Source of the DNA: a virus
Taxonomy: Duplodnaviria; Caudoviricetes
Length of the DNA stretch: 64,000 nucleotides
IMG/VR virus record: IMGVR_UViG_3300025868_000002
Coordinates: 8,812-72,811 of that record
Direction: 5' to 3' (one strand)
Of the stretch, positions 10,801 to 19,498 are shown piece after piece; position 1 is the first letter of the stretch; each line of letters begins with the position of its first letter. The notes beneath the pieces were generated by a model. That model searched no databases, had not been told where the DNA came from, and worked only from the letters and a program-made list of their open reading frames with translations. The position numbers were made by a program, and so were the translations under genes.

Positions 10801-12800
10801 ATATCATGTTCTAATGATAACCCATTATTTATATGTTTGTTAGTAGAATATTCTTTATATGGCGCTTCGCCAAAGTCATAAATAAATGAACAATTAAAAT
10901 CTACAATAGACTCCCCAGATGTCTTATCTATCTTTATGGAGTGTACACCAAAATTTAAATCAGTATCAACAATACCATTAGAGTCATAACCAAAAAACAA
11001 ACGGTATACTGTTGGATTGTGGCCAGTAGACAAATTTATTCCGCTATAATAATATGTTGTGATATCAGATAAATGTACTGGGTGAATAATATTGTTATAA
11101 GTAAACGTGCCATCATTTATGTAGCCATACACAGAAGACCAATCTGTATCTTCTTTTTTATTCTTATAATAAACTGAGACATTATTTGCAAAACCAGATC
11201 CTCTGCCAAAGCATAAGTCTATCCCCTTACCTGTCCAATCGAATTGCAGGGATGATTCACCCTCACCCATTCTTGTCACAAGGAATCCCTCGGCATCCCT
11301 AGCCTTAACAGATTCAGTATAATTAGAAGAGTCATACTCTGAGGCAGACAATTTTGTCTCAATGGGGACATTTGAGGATATTAATGAGAAATAACCACAA
11401 TATTGCCCAGAAGCTATTTCAGAAATGAAGTAGCCATATTTGTTTAATATATCTTTTATTATATCGTATGCTGTGTCTTGCCCAAAATCATACTCCCAAA
11501 TATATTGATTATTGTCATAATTGACGTTATTCAAAGAGTTAATAATTTTTGGGTACCCTGACAGGGATAGCCCTAGATCAAACATATGTCTTAAATCAGA
11601 GGTATATATAGCACCAGTAGATTGATAGTATTTTTTATAGGCATAAAAATATTTTGGGTCTATATCAGAATGCAGAAGCATAACTTCCGCAATCTTATTT
11701 ATATCCCATTTATCAAAGGCATGTACACGCTTAACACCGTCAGGTTCTGCATAAAGGTAATTATCCGAAAAATACCCAGCGTAGCTGTAGCTAGACTGCA
11801 TGGGGTAATTAAAATTTAAAGTATCAATTGCCTTAGCAAGTATTCCCTCACAGCCCAACTTTAATAAAGTTCCTTTTTCATCCCTACTTACCTCAATAGA
11901 GGAAGTAATGTTTCCAACAAACCTTTTTATAAGATCGCCATTGTACCCGCCGTAAATTGCAATTAAGTTTCCCTTCGAAATCCCACCGAATTTTTCTGCC
12001 TCGCTATTGAATGAATTTGTGTCTAAATCATCATCAATTCTTAAAATAACAGTTGCTGCTGGTATCTGATCATGATCCCTACTAATTGTGTAATTAGTTA
12101 CTTTGTTTATTGTTTCATATGTTGTGGCAATATCACTACCAGCAATTATATTTTCATCGCTATTAGATACGCAGGATGCAGATAATAGCCTGAACTCATT
12201 ATCAATACCACCCCTCTTTATGAAACACACTAAATGAGGATTACTTGACGAATTCCAAAATCTTAGCCTGAATGATAATCCACCATTAGAAGAGGCTGTT
12301 GGTGAATACGTAGCAATTTTTATCTTTATTTCTTCACTACCAGTATATAACCAATCATCAATTAATACAGATGTTAAGTCATCGTTGCCAAAATTATCAT
12401 AATTTGTTGTGTCTCCTTCACAAGAAAGAATAGCACTCCCTTTGTATACTAACTTAAAGGTAATATCCGGGTTAGAAACACCGTCAAAACCAAATAACAC
12501 CCCATAAACAAGGGTCTGCCATTTATCCGTTGTAACACCAGGCGGGTTACCTGTATCCCAATCAAGCATAATGTTAGGAATAGTACCAAATGCCCTCCTG
12601 TTATTGTCTGAAGGTATAGCTTTTGCGGGCGATGTTAAGTTACTATCAGAAATATTAAACGAAGCAAATGAAGCACCCAAAGAAGGAACTGTAAAATTAG
12701 TATTAAAAACTTTTACGCTACAATTATATTTGTTGTATTCATTATCAATAGCATACCGTTGAGTGTTGGTTACATTTGCATTTATATTCTTTATCGACAT
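7869..12800 (-). CDS. Large tail hub / central tail protein (1643 aa)
   Basis: Position in the tail operon. Hub-like segment TISRDHD...GNLIAIYGGY...RFVGNIT and a beta-rich composition. Confidence 0.65.
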   Translation of the reverse strand: MSIKNINANVTNTQRYAIDNEYNKYNCSVKVFNTNFTVPSLGASFASFNISDSNLTSPAKAIPSDNNRRAFGTIPNIMLDWDTGNPPGVTTDKWQTLVYGVLFGFDGVSNPDITFKLVYKGSAILSCEGDTTNYDNFGNDDLTSVLIDDWLYTGSEEIKIKIATYSPTASSNGGLSFRLRFWNSSSNPHLVCFIKRGGIDNEFRLLSASCVSNSDENIIAGSDIATTYETINKVTNYTISRDHDQIPAATVILRIDDDLDTNSFNSEAEKFGGISKGNLIAIYGGYNGDLIKRFVGNITSSIEVSRDEKGTLLKLGCEGILAKAIDTLNFNYPMQSSYSYAGYFSDNYLYAEPDGVKRVHAFDKWDINKIAEVMLLHSDIDPKYFYAYKKYYQSTGAIYTSDLRHMFDLGLSLSGYPKIINSLNNVNYDNNQYIWEYDFGQDTAYDIIKDILNKYGYFISEIASGQYCGYFSLISSNVPIETKLSASEYDSSNYTESVKARDAEGFLVTRMGEGESSLQFDWTGKGIDLCFGRGSGFANNVSVYYKNKKEDTDWSSVYGYINDGTFTYNNIIHPVHLSDITTYYYSGINLSTGHNPTVYRLFFGYDSNGIVDTDLNFGVHSIKIDKTSGESIVDFNCSFIYDFGEAPYKEYSTNKHINNGLSLEHDIKDIRNEITVLGASTAGFSYTPDSSNLEEIKNKYVTSRAIDVRSIYDSSYKYYVGSRKHFIIQDPTIITQDRADWLALYTLERTRKTGFIASFSIPCDLGLDLYQGIRVHDTKTESVDRSLKFYIYGLSETFSNSEFSLAISADSRDIPPSFRKRRYPTPAELATVFNNCPVAFEEMKIPYRAGEVAYNPMDSDQGKYIEFSWVLLVPGIQALEIFDTHTTQTSLNSNRVPVYGTETLAYNDELVSVPYVGKTEDRAGLYFAKWDGVHQAYDLNTVFNDTPYSIVYKLPRGHGFFARGQNTKPEDEVDPIASYENIDRSYKKLYFPLYPVLKFEPTVPGYEDVTTVYQFGTQNGTSIVNGIHNTLNDNTAFDITHFWLDERVPLVWDFAEEYMPLPSDEYTAKIDYTDPYRDTLTPLRNSSLYSADAYANGDRTHSVMEYDPRPPRGWDGSHSAGSGIKTYALPVIDTTVGVRLYEDTTTVSKNRYFIDKFYFHIAAITTTQENSFYQVNSGVHTSGDVWDTDYTVGSGNHEDVPWISSTYYNLVYSKVFDPVNATDLVIAEQKVKIGEWTYIPAVSDRTTESSIVFRSNFSNNPHITALAGISERYLNKASSIPGIGVGKVFAASPDNLPILNKNGSINFENLKNAYGVIVPYYETTPKVYDTDIPRFNYLYYPNGYADADTKGVIRNATYTHGITNFSFGANHYWSSYDGTTRHSRIIYNSLVLGLELRIRDRAGRLYFSAAKEDTGGILIGKHNEIEIHNPYSKFLLKYVNRYNPFLPLACYSERNPANISMENFGGSALINYDTTISINTTVDVVGDYLHESVALNGKLYPEVSATPTWSNSSSFLEDRDYVDLFVNYDRYGFSALIWGNGLEKQNSNGYAYWETMNTGVRDSTLSESVTCYGLPLWFLGADKAGFTETPMAGSNLYDLHRDVLLYDEGSMPTSVRAGGTTYLNRTPVFVRCGHCEKAKYTKF

Positions 12801-12808
12801 GCCTTCTC

Positions 12809-13786
12809 CTAAAAATTATATGTATTAAGTATTGTATACATTACTGCCAGTGACATTGAATACCCGCCTGTTGTATATCTAGTAAAAAAGTCTACAATAT
12901 TAATATCTGCCGATCTTACATTAATAAATAAGGATTCTGGATATATAATAACACAGCTACTGTCACAAAAATCAATTAGTGACTCATTTAGCTTATAAAT
13001 CATTTCGCCATGCTTTACGTAATCTATTTTATCCCACCCCATAGTATATACTTTGTCATAAACAAGAGAAGATGAAATACCAATATACCCCGTGCCATAA
13101 AATGAATATTTATTTAGATTATTTCTTATTTCCTCTATATTACTTGGTAATAACGAGAAGTTAACGCCGTCAAAATCACCATTATCTACTTGTGTGCCAT
13201 GTGTTTCCGTATACCCAGAATAAAAAGTTCTATATTTTGTTCTTTGTATGTTTAATCCCCAGATGTAAACTCCAGTATTTGGCACACCGGAGACATTAGT
13301 GTAATTAGGGTACACAACACTTGTGAAGTAACCATTAGCATCTGATGTTGCTTGTGGGTCACACATAAACCAACACCGATACCACCCGGCATTATTTATT
13401 TTTTCAACCCCATATGAAATGGTATCCAACCCAACAGTAGAACTAAAAAAGCATTCCCCACCAATAAAATTGATAATTATACCTAGTGTGTTGCTGTATG
13501 ACACCCCGTTGATAGCAAATAGTGTCTTTATATTGTCATCTGTGTATGCCTTGAAAAATCCAGAAACAATTATATTGTTTGTTGCCAATATACTGCTAGT
13601 ATCTGATACTATGTAATATGAAAAAGACGGAGTTGGCCCTAACCAACTTTCGGCAATAGTACCATTTGGGGAAATACCATTAGATCCCTGGATTGCCGTG
13701 GGCAACCCCCACCCAGATGAATCTACATAAGAAACACTATTCTTAAGTAAATTTTGTCTTCCTCTTGCTAAATACATTATAACCAA
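12809..13786 (-). CDS. Minor tail protein with a beta-sandwich (spike/CBM-like) domain
   Basis: RQNLLKNS...ISPNG...VSGFFK...GWYRCW...GVYIWGLNIQ pattern typical of phage virion beta-sandwich domains. Confidence 0.55.
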   Translation of the reverse strand: MVIMYLARGRQNLLKNSVSYVDSSGWGLPTAIQGSNGISPNGTIAESWLGPTPSFSYYIVSDTSSILATNNIIVSGFFKAYTDDNIKTLFAINGVSYSNTLGIIINFIGGECFFSSTVGLDTISYGVEKINNAGWYRCWFMCDPQATSDANGYFTSVVYPNYTNVSGVPNTGVYIWGLNIQRTKYRTFYSGYTETHGTQVDNGDFDGVNFSLLPSNIEEIRNNLNKYSFYGTGYIGISSSLVYDKVYTMGWDKIDYVKHGEMIYKLNESLIDFCDSSCVIIYPESLFINVRSADINIVDFFTRYTTGGYSMSLAVMYTILNTYNF

Positions 13787-14733
13787 CTACCTGTTAAAAT
13801 AAAGGGTAACCGAATATCTACTGTAGGATTACCACTAGTATTTTTATAATCTAATATTTTTGTACCAAACTTAATTGTATACGGGTGTATTAACGCATTA
13901 CCATACGTGTCATAAAACCAAGTTACTTTATTGGTATCCTGTTCAAACTGTGCCCCATCTAAATATAATCCTCTACTAACAGCCAAAGACCAATTATAAT
14001 CTATATAAATAACAGGTATTAATGAGTTACCCAATTCAGAATGTTTCATAGCATCAAAATAAACATACATTCTGGACCAATTATTGCTATATTTAATAAC
14101 ACCGCCAGGCAACTCTGATGAGGAAGCACTATACGAAAATGTGTCACCTACTACGTCAAAAATACCACTATATGATGCGTCTGTAATAGGCGAATAAAGC
14201 TGTAAACATATTTTATCAGTATTAAGATTTTTCCCAAATACTGAAAACATATTATGGTAGCTGGCCATAATATTGGTATCCTTATGCTTCAGATAAGAAG
14301 AAACAGCAGATCCTGCCCCATTGATATATGCATTGGCATGTCTCTTTTTATTAAAAGTCAAGGTGGTTACTGGAGAAATAACCTGACCACCGGGTGATAT
14401 ACCCCAATAGATATTGCCTTCATTATAATCAATGTGACTACTCGGAAATAAATTTTTGTATGTTGCAACATTAGGCATTTTATTAAAAAACAAAGTTCCA
14501 TCAGAATTTTCTAAATCACTAATAAATGAATACATCCTATTGATGGCTATCGGAATACTTCCCCAAATAAGATCCCCACTTACACCGGTTGAATCCATAT
14601 AAAACAGTGTTCTTGGCCCATCAAGTGGCTTTATTGTATTCCTATTTTTATTATTGAGCACAACATCAGTTGGATTAACTTTAAAAAAAATTAAACCACC
14701 AGAAGAAGGCAAAAAAGTAAAATTGTGAAACAT
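13777..14733 (-). CDS. Minor tail protein, with a domain related to 12809-13786
   Basis: KNLFPSS...FSVFGK...NWSRMYV...GLYLDGAQFEQ. Confidence 0.55.
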   Translation of the reverse strand: MFHNFTFLPSSGGLIFFKVNPTDVVLNNKNRNTIKPLDGPRTLFYMDSTGVSGDLIWGSIPIAINRMYSFISDLENSDGTLFFNKMPNVATYKNLFPSSHIDYNEGNIYWGISPGGQVISPVTTLTFNKKRHANAYINGAGSAVSSYLKHKDTNIMASYHNMFSVFGKNLNTDKICLQLYSPITDASYSGIFDVVGDTFSYSASSSELPGGVIKYSNNWSRMYVYFDAMKHSELGNSLIPVIYIDYNWSLAVSRGLYLDGAQFEQDTNKVTWFYDTYGNALIHPYTIKFGTKILDYKNTSGNPTVDIRLPFILTGSWL

Positions 14734-15338
14734 TATAAATCCTCAGTATAAATAGTTCTGTACCCAAATAAAAGTATTTCAAACGGATAATTTGGCAGAC
14801 TATAAAATTGTGTTGAATCCATAAATGAATTTGATGCCACATCAAATAATTTAAAATTTATAGTCCTTCCAGAAGAATAGGAATAAGAATCAAAAATTGG
14901 TCTATACCCTTTATATAATGGATTTGTAGGAATAATACCCAATCTAACGTATGGGGCATACGGCTCAAAAACTAATTCCCCTAATAAAGGTATATTAAAC
15001 ATAGACGATGTACTATCAAAAACATCAGATATTTCTATTATATCAGTGGTATCTTCCTGCAAAGCAATGCCGTAATTTGAAAAATTACCATTAACAAACC
15101 CCGATAATGTTCCGCTAACGCTTCTAAAAGATACAGAGCCATAAAACATACTATAGTGACCTTCAGGAGAGACATATGAATAGAAAGATAAGTAGCTAAA
15201 CTTATTTAATGTAGATAATATATTAGATAGCTCAACACCAGATAATAATTCTGGATTACCATGACTGCCAGGTAAATTACCGGCCGCACCGTGAAAGTTA
15301 AACACATTATCATATGTATCTGTTATGCTATACGCCAT
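14733..15338 (-). CDS. Putative minor tail protein
   Basis: 201-aa S/T/Y-rich ORF translationally coupled within the tail operon. Confidence 0.45.
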   Translation of the reverse strand: MAYSITDTYDNVFNFHGAAGNLPGSHGNPELLSGVELSNILSTLNKFSYLSFYSYVSPEGHYSMFYGSVSFRSVSGTLSGFVNGNFSNYGIALQEDTTDIIEISDVFDSTSSMFNIPLLGELVFEPYAPYVRLGIIPTNPLYKGYRPIFDSYSYSSGRTINFKLFDVASNSFMDSTQFYSLPNYPFEILLFGYRTIYTEDL

Positions 15339-15346
15339 CGTTTCTC

Positions 15347-16333
15347 CTAAGATTCATAAACGTCGTCACCGCGTCCGCCACCAAGGGTATTTGTTTTATA
15401 AACACCATAAGATGACCAATCCATACTATCTGGGCCTGTTTTTGAATCTATTTGGTGCCATAAGCGATAAAATGTATTGGGATTAAGTTCTTCTATAATT
15501 TTTTCATGTATTGCCGATGTATAAATAGCATCCCATGCAGAATAAAAAATATCGCCGTATCCTATACCTGTTGTGGCATCATTGGTTGTCCAAGCTTGTG
15601 CCTTAAATCTAGTTTTAGTAGCCCACAAAACATGAGTATAATCAGCATCTAAATTAGTGTATGTGTACCCCAATATTCTAAATCTATGAGAGGATGCGTA
15701 TAGGGTATCCGTTTCAAAATACGGCTCAGACGGATTGTAAAATAATCTATCAGTATGATCAACATTTGACTGAAAAAGGGACTCTAAATATATCTTTAGC
15801 CCAAATTCACCATATTTTCCGTCTGGGGGAGTATATCTGGTAATGGTAGATGAATCAACAGACATTAGACCTATGGAACACCACATTATAGAAGAATCCG
15901 TATGCGTAATATCATTTATCACCGGAAATAAATTTTTTGTGACACCAAGCGACGCATTAGAGACAAACAGCAAAGGTGTTTGATCACTTTTAAGCACAAA
16001 ATCAGAATTGAATGTAACATCTAACGAAATATAACCATTAGTAGCATCCATTTTTGGCGTTATGCCCGTAACAAAATCAGTATCAAACCCAAAACCAAAA
16101 GGGACATCCCAAGAATTCGACGACAAGTCATAAGTTAGGCATACAGGGACATAGGCCGGTATTCGCACGCCGCTTAATAAAGGAATATATAAGGAATCTG
16201 TTATACTATCAACATGCTCTACTATTCTGGTATATAAAGATTTATCTAACGTATGTAAGTATCCACCGGAAAATAAAGATGTTGGGTATCTTCCTAAATT
16301 AGTCTGGTCTGCATTCGCATATATTTTGCCCAT
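15347..16333 (-). CDS. Putative minor tail protein with a C-terminal FN3-like domain
   Basis: C-terminal IIEELNPNTFYRLWHQ...WSSY pattern; tail operon context. Confidence 0.45.
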   Translation of the reverse strand: MGKIYANADQTNLGRYPTSLFSGGYLHTLDKSLYTRIVEHVDSITDSLYIPLLSGVRIPAYVPVCLTYDLSSNSWDVPFGFGFDTDFVTGITPKMDATNGYISLDVTFNSDFVLKSDQTPLLFVSNASLGVTKNLFPVINDITHTDSSIMWCSIGLMSVDSSTITRYTPPDGKYGEFGLKIYLESLFQSNVDHTDRLFYNPSEPYFETDTLYASSHRFRILGYTYTNLDADYTHVLWATKTRFKAQAWTTNDATTGIGYGDIFYSAWDAIYTSAIHEKIIEELNPNTFYRLWHQIDSKTGPDSMDWSSYGVYKTNTLGGGRGDDVYES

Positions 16334-17812
16334 CTACTTTTTCCTCTTACCATAAAAAGATAAATAAAATGATTTTGGTACAGTAAACGGATGATACTTT
16401 TCTAAAGAAGTAACATCAGTATAAACACCATTGTTAAAATATTGATATTTTACTATAACAGTAGTATCACTTATATACGGAATAATCCTATACATTGTTC
16501 CGTCATCCTGCGTGAATTCGGGTGATATAACAGGACCAAATAGGGATAACTGATAATTTTTTGTTAATGCAATTCCCATAAACGTACTACTATCAGTTAT
16601 AAATGAGTTATCTGTATATGTGTCAGAAATATTTTCATCTATAGATAAATACGGATTACTTATATTGCATGTATATTTAAATGTATATATCTTTGGCATT
16701 TGGTTATTATACATATATGCCGAATTATAAAATCTCCCAAAATAGCTAAGTATTGTTTCAAGTGAATTCCATGTTGTGTAACTATAGGCAGCATCGTTTT
16801 TATTTATGTTCCACCAATTACCCGGGGTATAATAATCAATAATAAATGTTTTCCCACCTTTAACATTGGCATAATTTTGGGTTTCAATAGTATGCGATAA
16901 TATGGGAAAGTTGCTTTCATAGATGGCACAATTATTACTTGTATCTAAAGACGAAGCATCATTTAATTTATAAAATGACATATATGAATCATATATATAC
17001 CACGTTGCTGTATAAGTGCTTATATTTTTTAATAAAAGTGTTGTGTTAGAAAATGAGGAGTCACTTATAAGATCCATTAATGACCTGGGGACACTAAAAG
17101 AATGTTGTATAATTCCTGAGCCAAATAATGGTACCCCTATAACACCAAGATATGTGCCATCAGTACCTGTGGAATAATCAAGATAAACTGTCATGTCACT
17201 ATCCGGGTATACCTCATACCCTGATGTGTCAATATGAACAACACCATGTGTTACATTCGATACTAATGGGTTTAACCGTAGTATCCTTAATACACCTGAA
17301 TTTTGCCTTGGATATATGCCATATTCTAATCTTGGTTCATCTGAATAAATATATTCTATATTTTGTGTGTTAGACACATCTGAAATATCAGAGCTATCCC
17401 AAAACATTATGCAATCTGTTCCATCTATATCTTCAGTTCTATCTATAAAGCAAGTATTATCTGTATATAATATTCCATCTGTATATAAAATAGATGCATA
17501 ATTATAAGATACGATAGAAGATATACCTGTAATAGATTTGGATATGCTTAATGAATTAATTGTAAAATCGGAAAAAGCAGAATCACCATTTAATAAAGAT
17601 CCTCCAGAACTTATTGTGGTGTGAAATCCATCAACTGTTGTATCAAAATAATAATTCGGTGGTATAGTATACTCAAAGTGGGAACCCCCCACATGTATTT
17701 TATCTGAAAATATAGTACTAGTATAAGGATATGTCGTATAAATAACGATAGACATATCAGAATTATTTACATAACTATTTTTTAACCACTCAATAATTAA
17801 ATTTGTGTACAT
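16334..17812 (-). CDS. Putative minor tail protein
   Basis: 492-aa beta-rich ORF within the tail operon. Confidence 0.45.
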   Translation of the reverse strand: MYTNLIIEWLKNSYVNNSDMSIVIYTTYPYTSTIFSDKIHVGGSHFEYTIPPNYYFDTTVDGFHTTISSGGSLLNGDSAFSDFTINSLSISKSITGISSIVSYNYASILYTDGILYTDNTCFIDRTEDIDGTDCIMFWDSSDISDVSNTQNIEYIYSDEPRLEYGIYPRQNSGVLRILRLNPLVSNVTHGVVHIDTSGYEVYPDSDMTVYLDYSTGTDGTYLGVIGVPLFGSGIIQHSFSVPRSLMDLISDSSFSNTTLLLKNISTYTATWYIYDSYMSFYKLNDASSLDTSNNCAIYESNFPILSHTIETQNYANVKGGKTFIIDYYTPGNWWNINKNDAAYSYTTWNSLETILSYFGRFYNSAYMYNNQMPKIYTFKYTCNISNPYLSIDENISDTYTDNSFITDSSTFMGIALTKNYQLSLFGPVISPEFTQDDGTMYRIIPYISDTTVIVKYQYFNNGVYTDVTSLEKYHPFTVPKSFYLSFYGKRKK

Positions 17813-17819
17813 ATGCCAC

Positions 17820-19496
17820 CTATACTGTATAACTAGTCTTATATTCCCAATTTGTTGCTTGACCGGTCTCTGAATCTGTTGACCTTATGTAAATATCGTA
17901 TGTACCAGGCAATAGCCCTTTTGTGAGTGATTGATTTCTTGGCCCAACTTCCCAATCTGACCATGTTGAATCACTACTATACGGGCCAATTTGCCTTACC
18001 TGAGTTTTTGCTAAAATGTCTATTTGCCCAAGATTACTGTTTTCTATCAAACCAACGACATTTGATGTAACTTTTATAGTTGCTGTCTTAATAGTTAACT
18101 GTGTTATCAAGTTAGTCAAATCAGAATACCCGCCATGCGAACCGAATCCTGAATATGTCTCTGTAGTCGCCGTATAACAAGAAAACACCGGATTTGCAGA
18201 ACTATCTATTGGAACAATATATTTTGTTCCGGAAAAAATATTAGGGTGCCAATATGGTGACAAATTCAAGTAACTATTAGTAACTGCGGAAGAATCTTTA
18301 TACGTCCCTGTCGGCAACGCACCGCGTATACCATTAATGGGGTCTTCAAATGTGCCAGTCATCTCAGGCACAACGGGGCGCAAATCGGGGATATACATCC
18401 ACCCAGAATCTTCCCAAAAATAAGTAAAATCTCCAGTACCAACAAAAATTGTTGTTAAATCAGACAAATTAGGATAATTTGTGCCTAAATAAATATCACC
18501 TGGGCCACCATATCCAACTGTTTCAAAAACATCAGCTTCATCGTAATACATTTTGCTATTTAGTGGTACGTGCATAGAATTGTATCCGACACAATCAGTA
18601 AAATCTAATGCATTTGCAACGCCATAACCGGAAGTTGTATTAGCCCTAAAACCTATATTATTGTATATTATATTATTCTTAAAATATAATTTATTTTCAT
18701 TAGTATTAGTTAAATCACCAGATAACCAACTAACTGTTTGGTTATATACCCCAGTACCATCCGTAATAATTTGTGTGCAATTTTTCATTGTAAAGTCTAA
18801 ATATTCGCCAGACTCATTAAGATAGAGATTAAATATTGGCCCATAATTTTCATTATATATAATGCACTTTTCAAGCTTTAGTCCTGTCGCCTTTAGAAGA
18901 GTGTTATTTGTCCTAACGGGAAATTTTAAATTTAAAAAGAAGCAAGCAGAAAAATCAACATAAATCTTTGACCCGCCATAAACATAGGCCCCAGTAGCTT
19001 GATCTGAAATTAACGTATGTGCTTGTCCTTCAAACCAGCATCTTTGCACTTTAAATCTAGTATCACCATCCAATAACAAGCTACTAAACATTATACCAGC
19101 ACAGGTTGCAGTATTGGTAGTTGGAAAGTAAAATTTTAAATCTTTAATTATCCAATAATTAGCATAAGTACCAAAATAAACAGGATATCCAGAAGTGTCA
19201 TCCGTAGGGCCTTCAATTGTCGGGACATTATTATTACCATTAGGGTCGTATCCCTCCAGCACGACAAATTCCCCATTACCCCATCCATAGCCCTGTGTAC
19301 CAACAGTATCTAACAGCCTACTTGAAACAAAGACATAATTTTGCCCGGTATAGCATACCTTAATTATATCGCCTGGTTTACCATATAGCTCAAATGTGTC
19401 AGCTAATTTAATCCAAGTCTTAAACGCATTAGTATACGATAAGCCACTATATCCGTCATTTCCCGCCGTGTTATCCAACCACCACGTTTTACCCAT
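17820..19496 (-). CDS. Right-handed beta-helix (pectate-lyase-like) virion protein; possible depolymerase
   Basis: N-terminus WWLDNTAGNDGYSGLSYTNAFKTW...PGDIIKV, repeated I-x-N/KNCT/KNNII rungs, C-terminal Ig-like PGTYDIYIRS; directly after the tape measure gene. Confidence 0.6.
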   Translation of the reverse strand: MGKTWWLDNTAGNDGYSGLSYTNAFKTWIKLADTFELYGKPGDIIKVCYTGQNYVFVSSRLLDTVGTQGYGWGNGEFVVLEGYDPNGNNNVPTIEGPTDDTSGYPVYFGTYANYWIIKDLKFYFPTTNTATCAGIMFSSLLLDGDTRFKVQRCWFEGQAHTLISDQATGAYVYGGSKIYVDFSACFFLNLKFPVRTNNTLLKATGLKLEKCIIYNENYGPIFNLYLNESGEYLDFTMKNCTQIITDGTGVYNQTVSWLSGDLTNTNENKLYFKNNIIYNNIGFRANTTSGYGVANALDFTDCVGYNSMHVPLNSKMYYDEADVFETVGYGGPGDIYLGTNYPNLSDLTTIFVGTGDFTYFWEDSGWMYIPDLRPVVPEMTGTFEDPINGIRGALPTGTYKDSSAVTNSYLNLSPYWHPNIFSGTKYIVPIDSSANPVFSCYTATTETYSGFGSHGGYSDLTNLITQLTIKTATIKVTSNVVGLIENSNLGQIDILAKTQVRQIGPYSSDSTWSDWEVGPRNQSLTKGLLPGTYDIYIRSTDSETGQATNWEYKTSYTV

Positions 19497-19498
19497 AT

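Noticed and set aside
2592-19496. Diversity-generating retroelement or invertible shufflon acting on the tail genes
   Set aside because: No reverse transcriptase, TR/VR pair or repeated crossover sites were seen by eye; a self dot-plot would be needed to exclude weak repeats.
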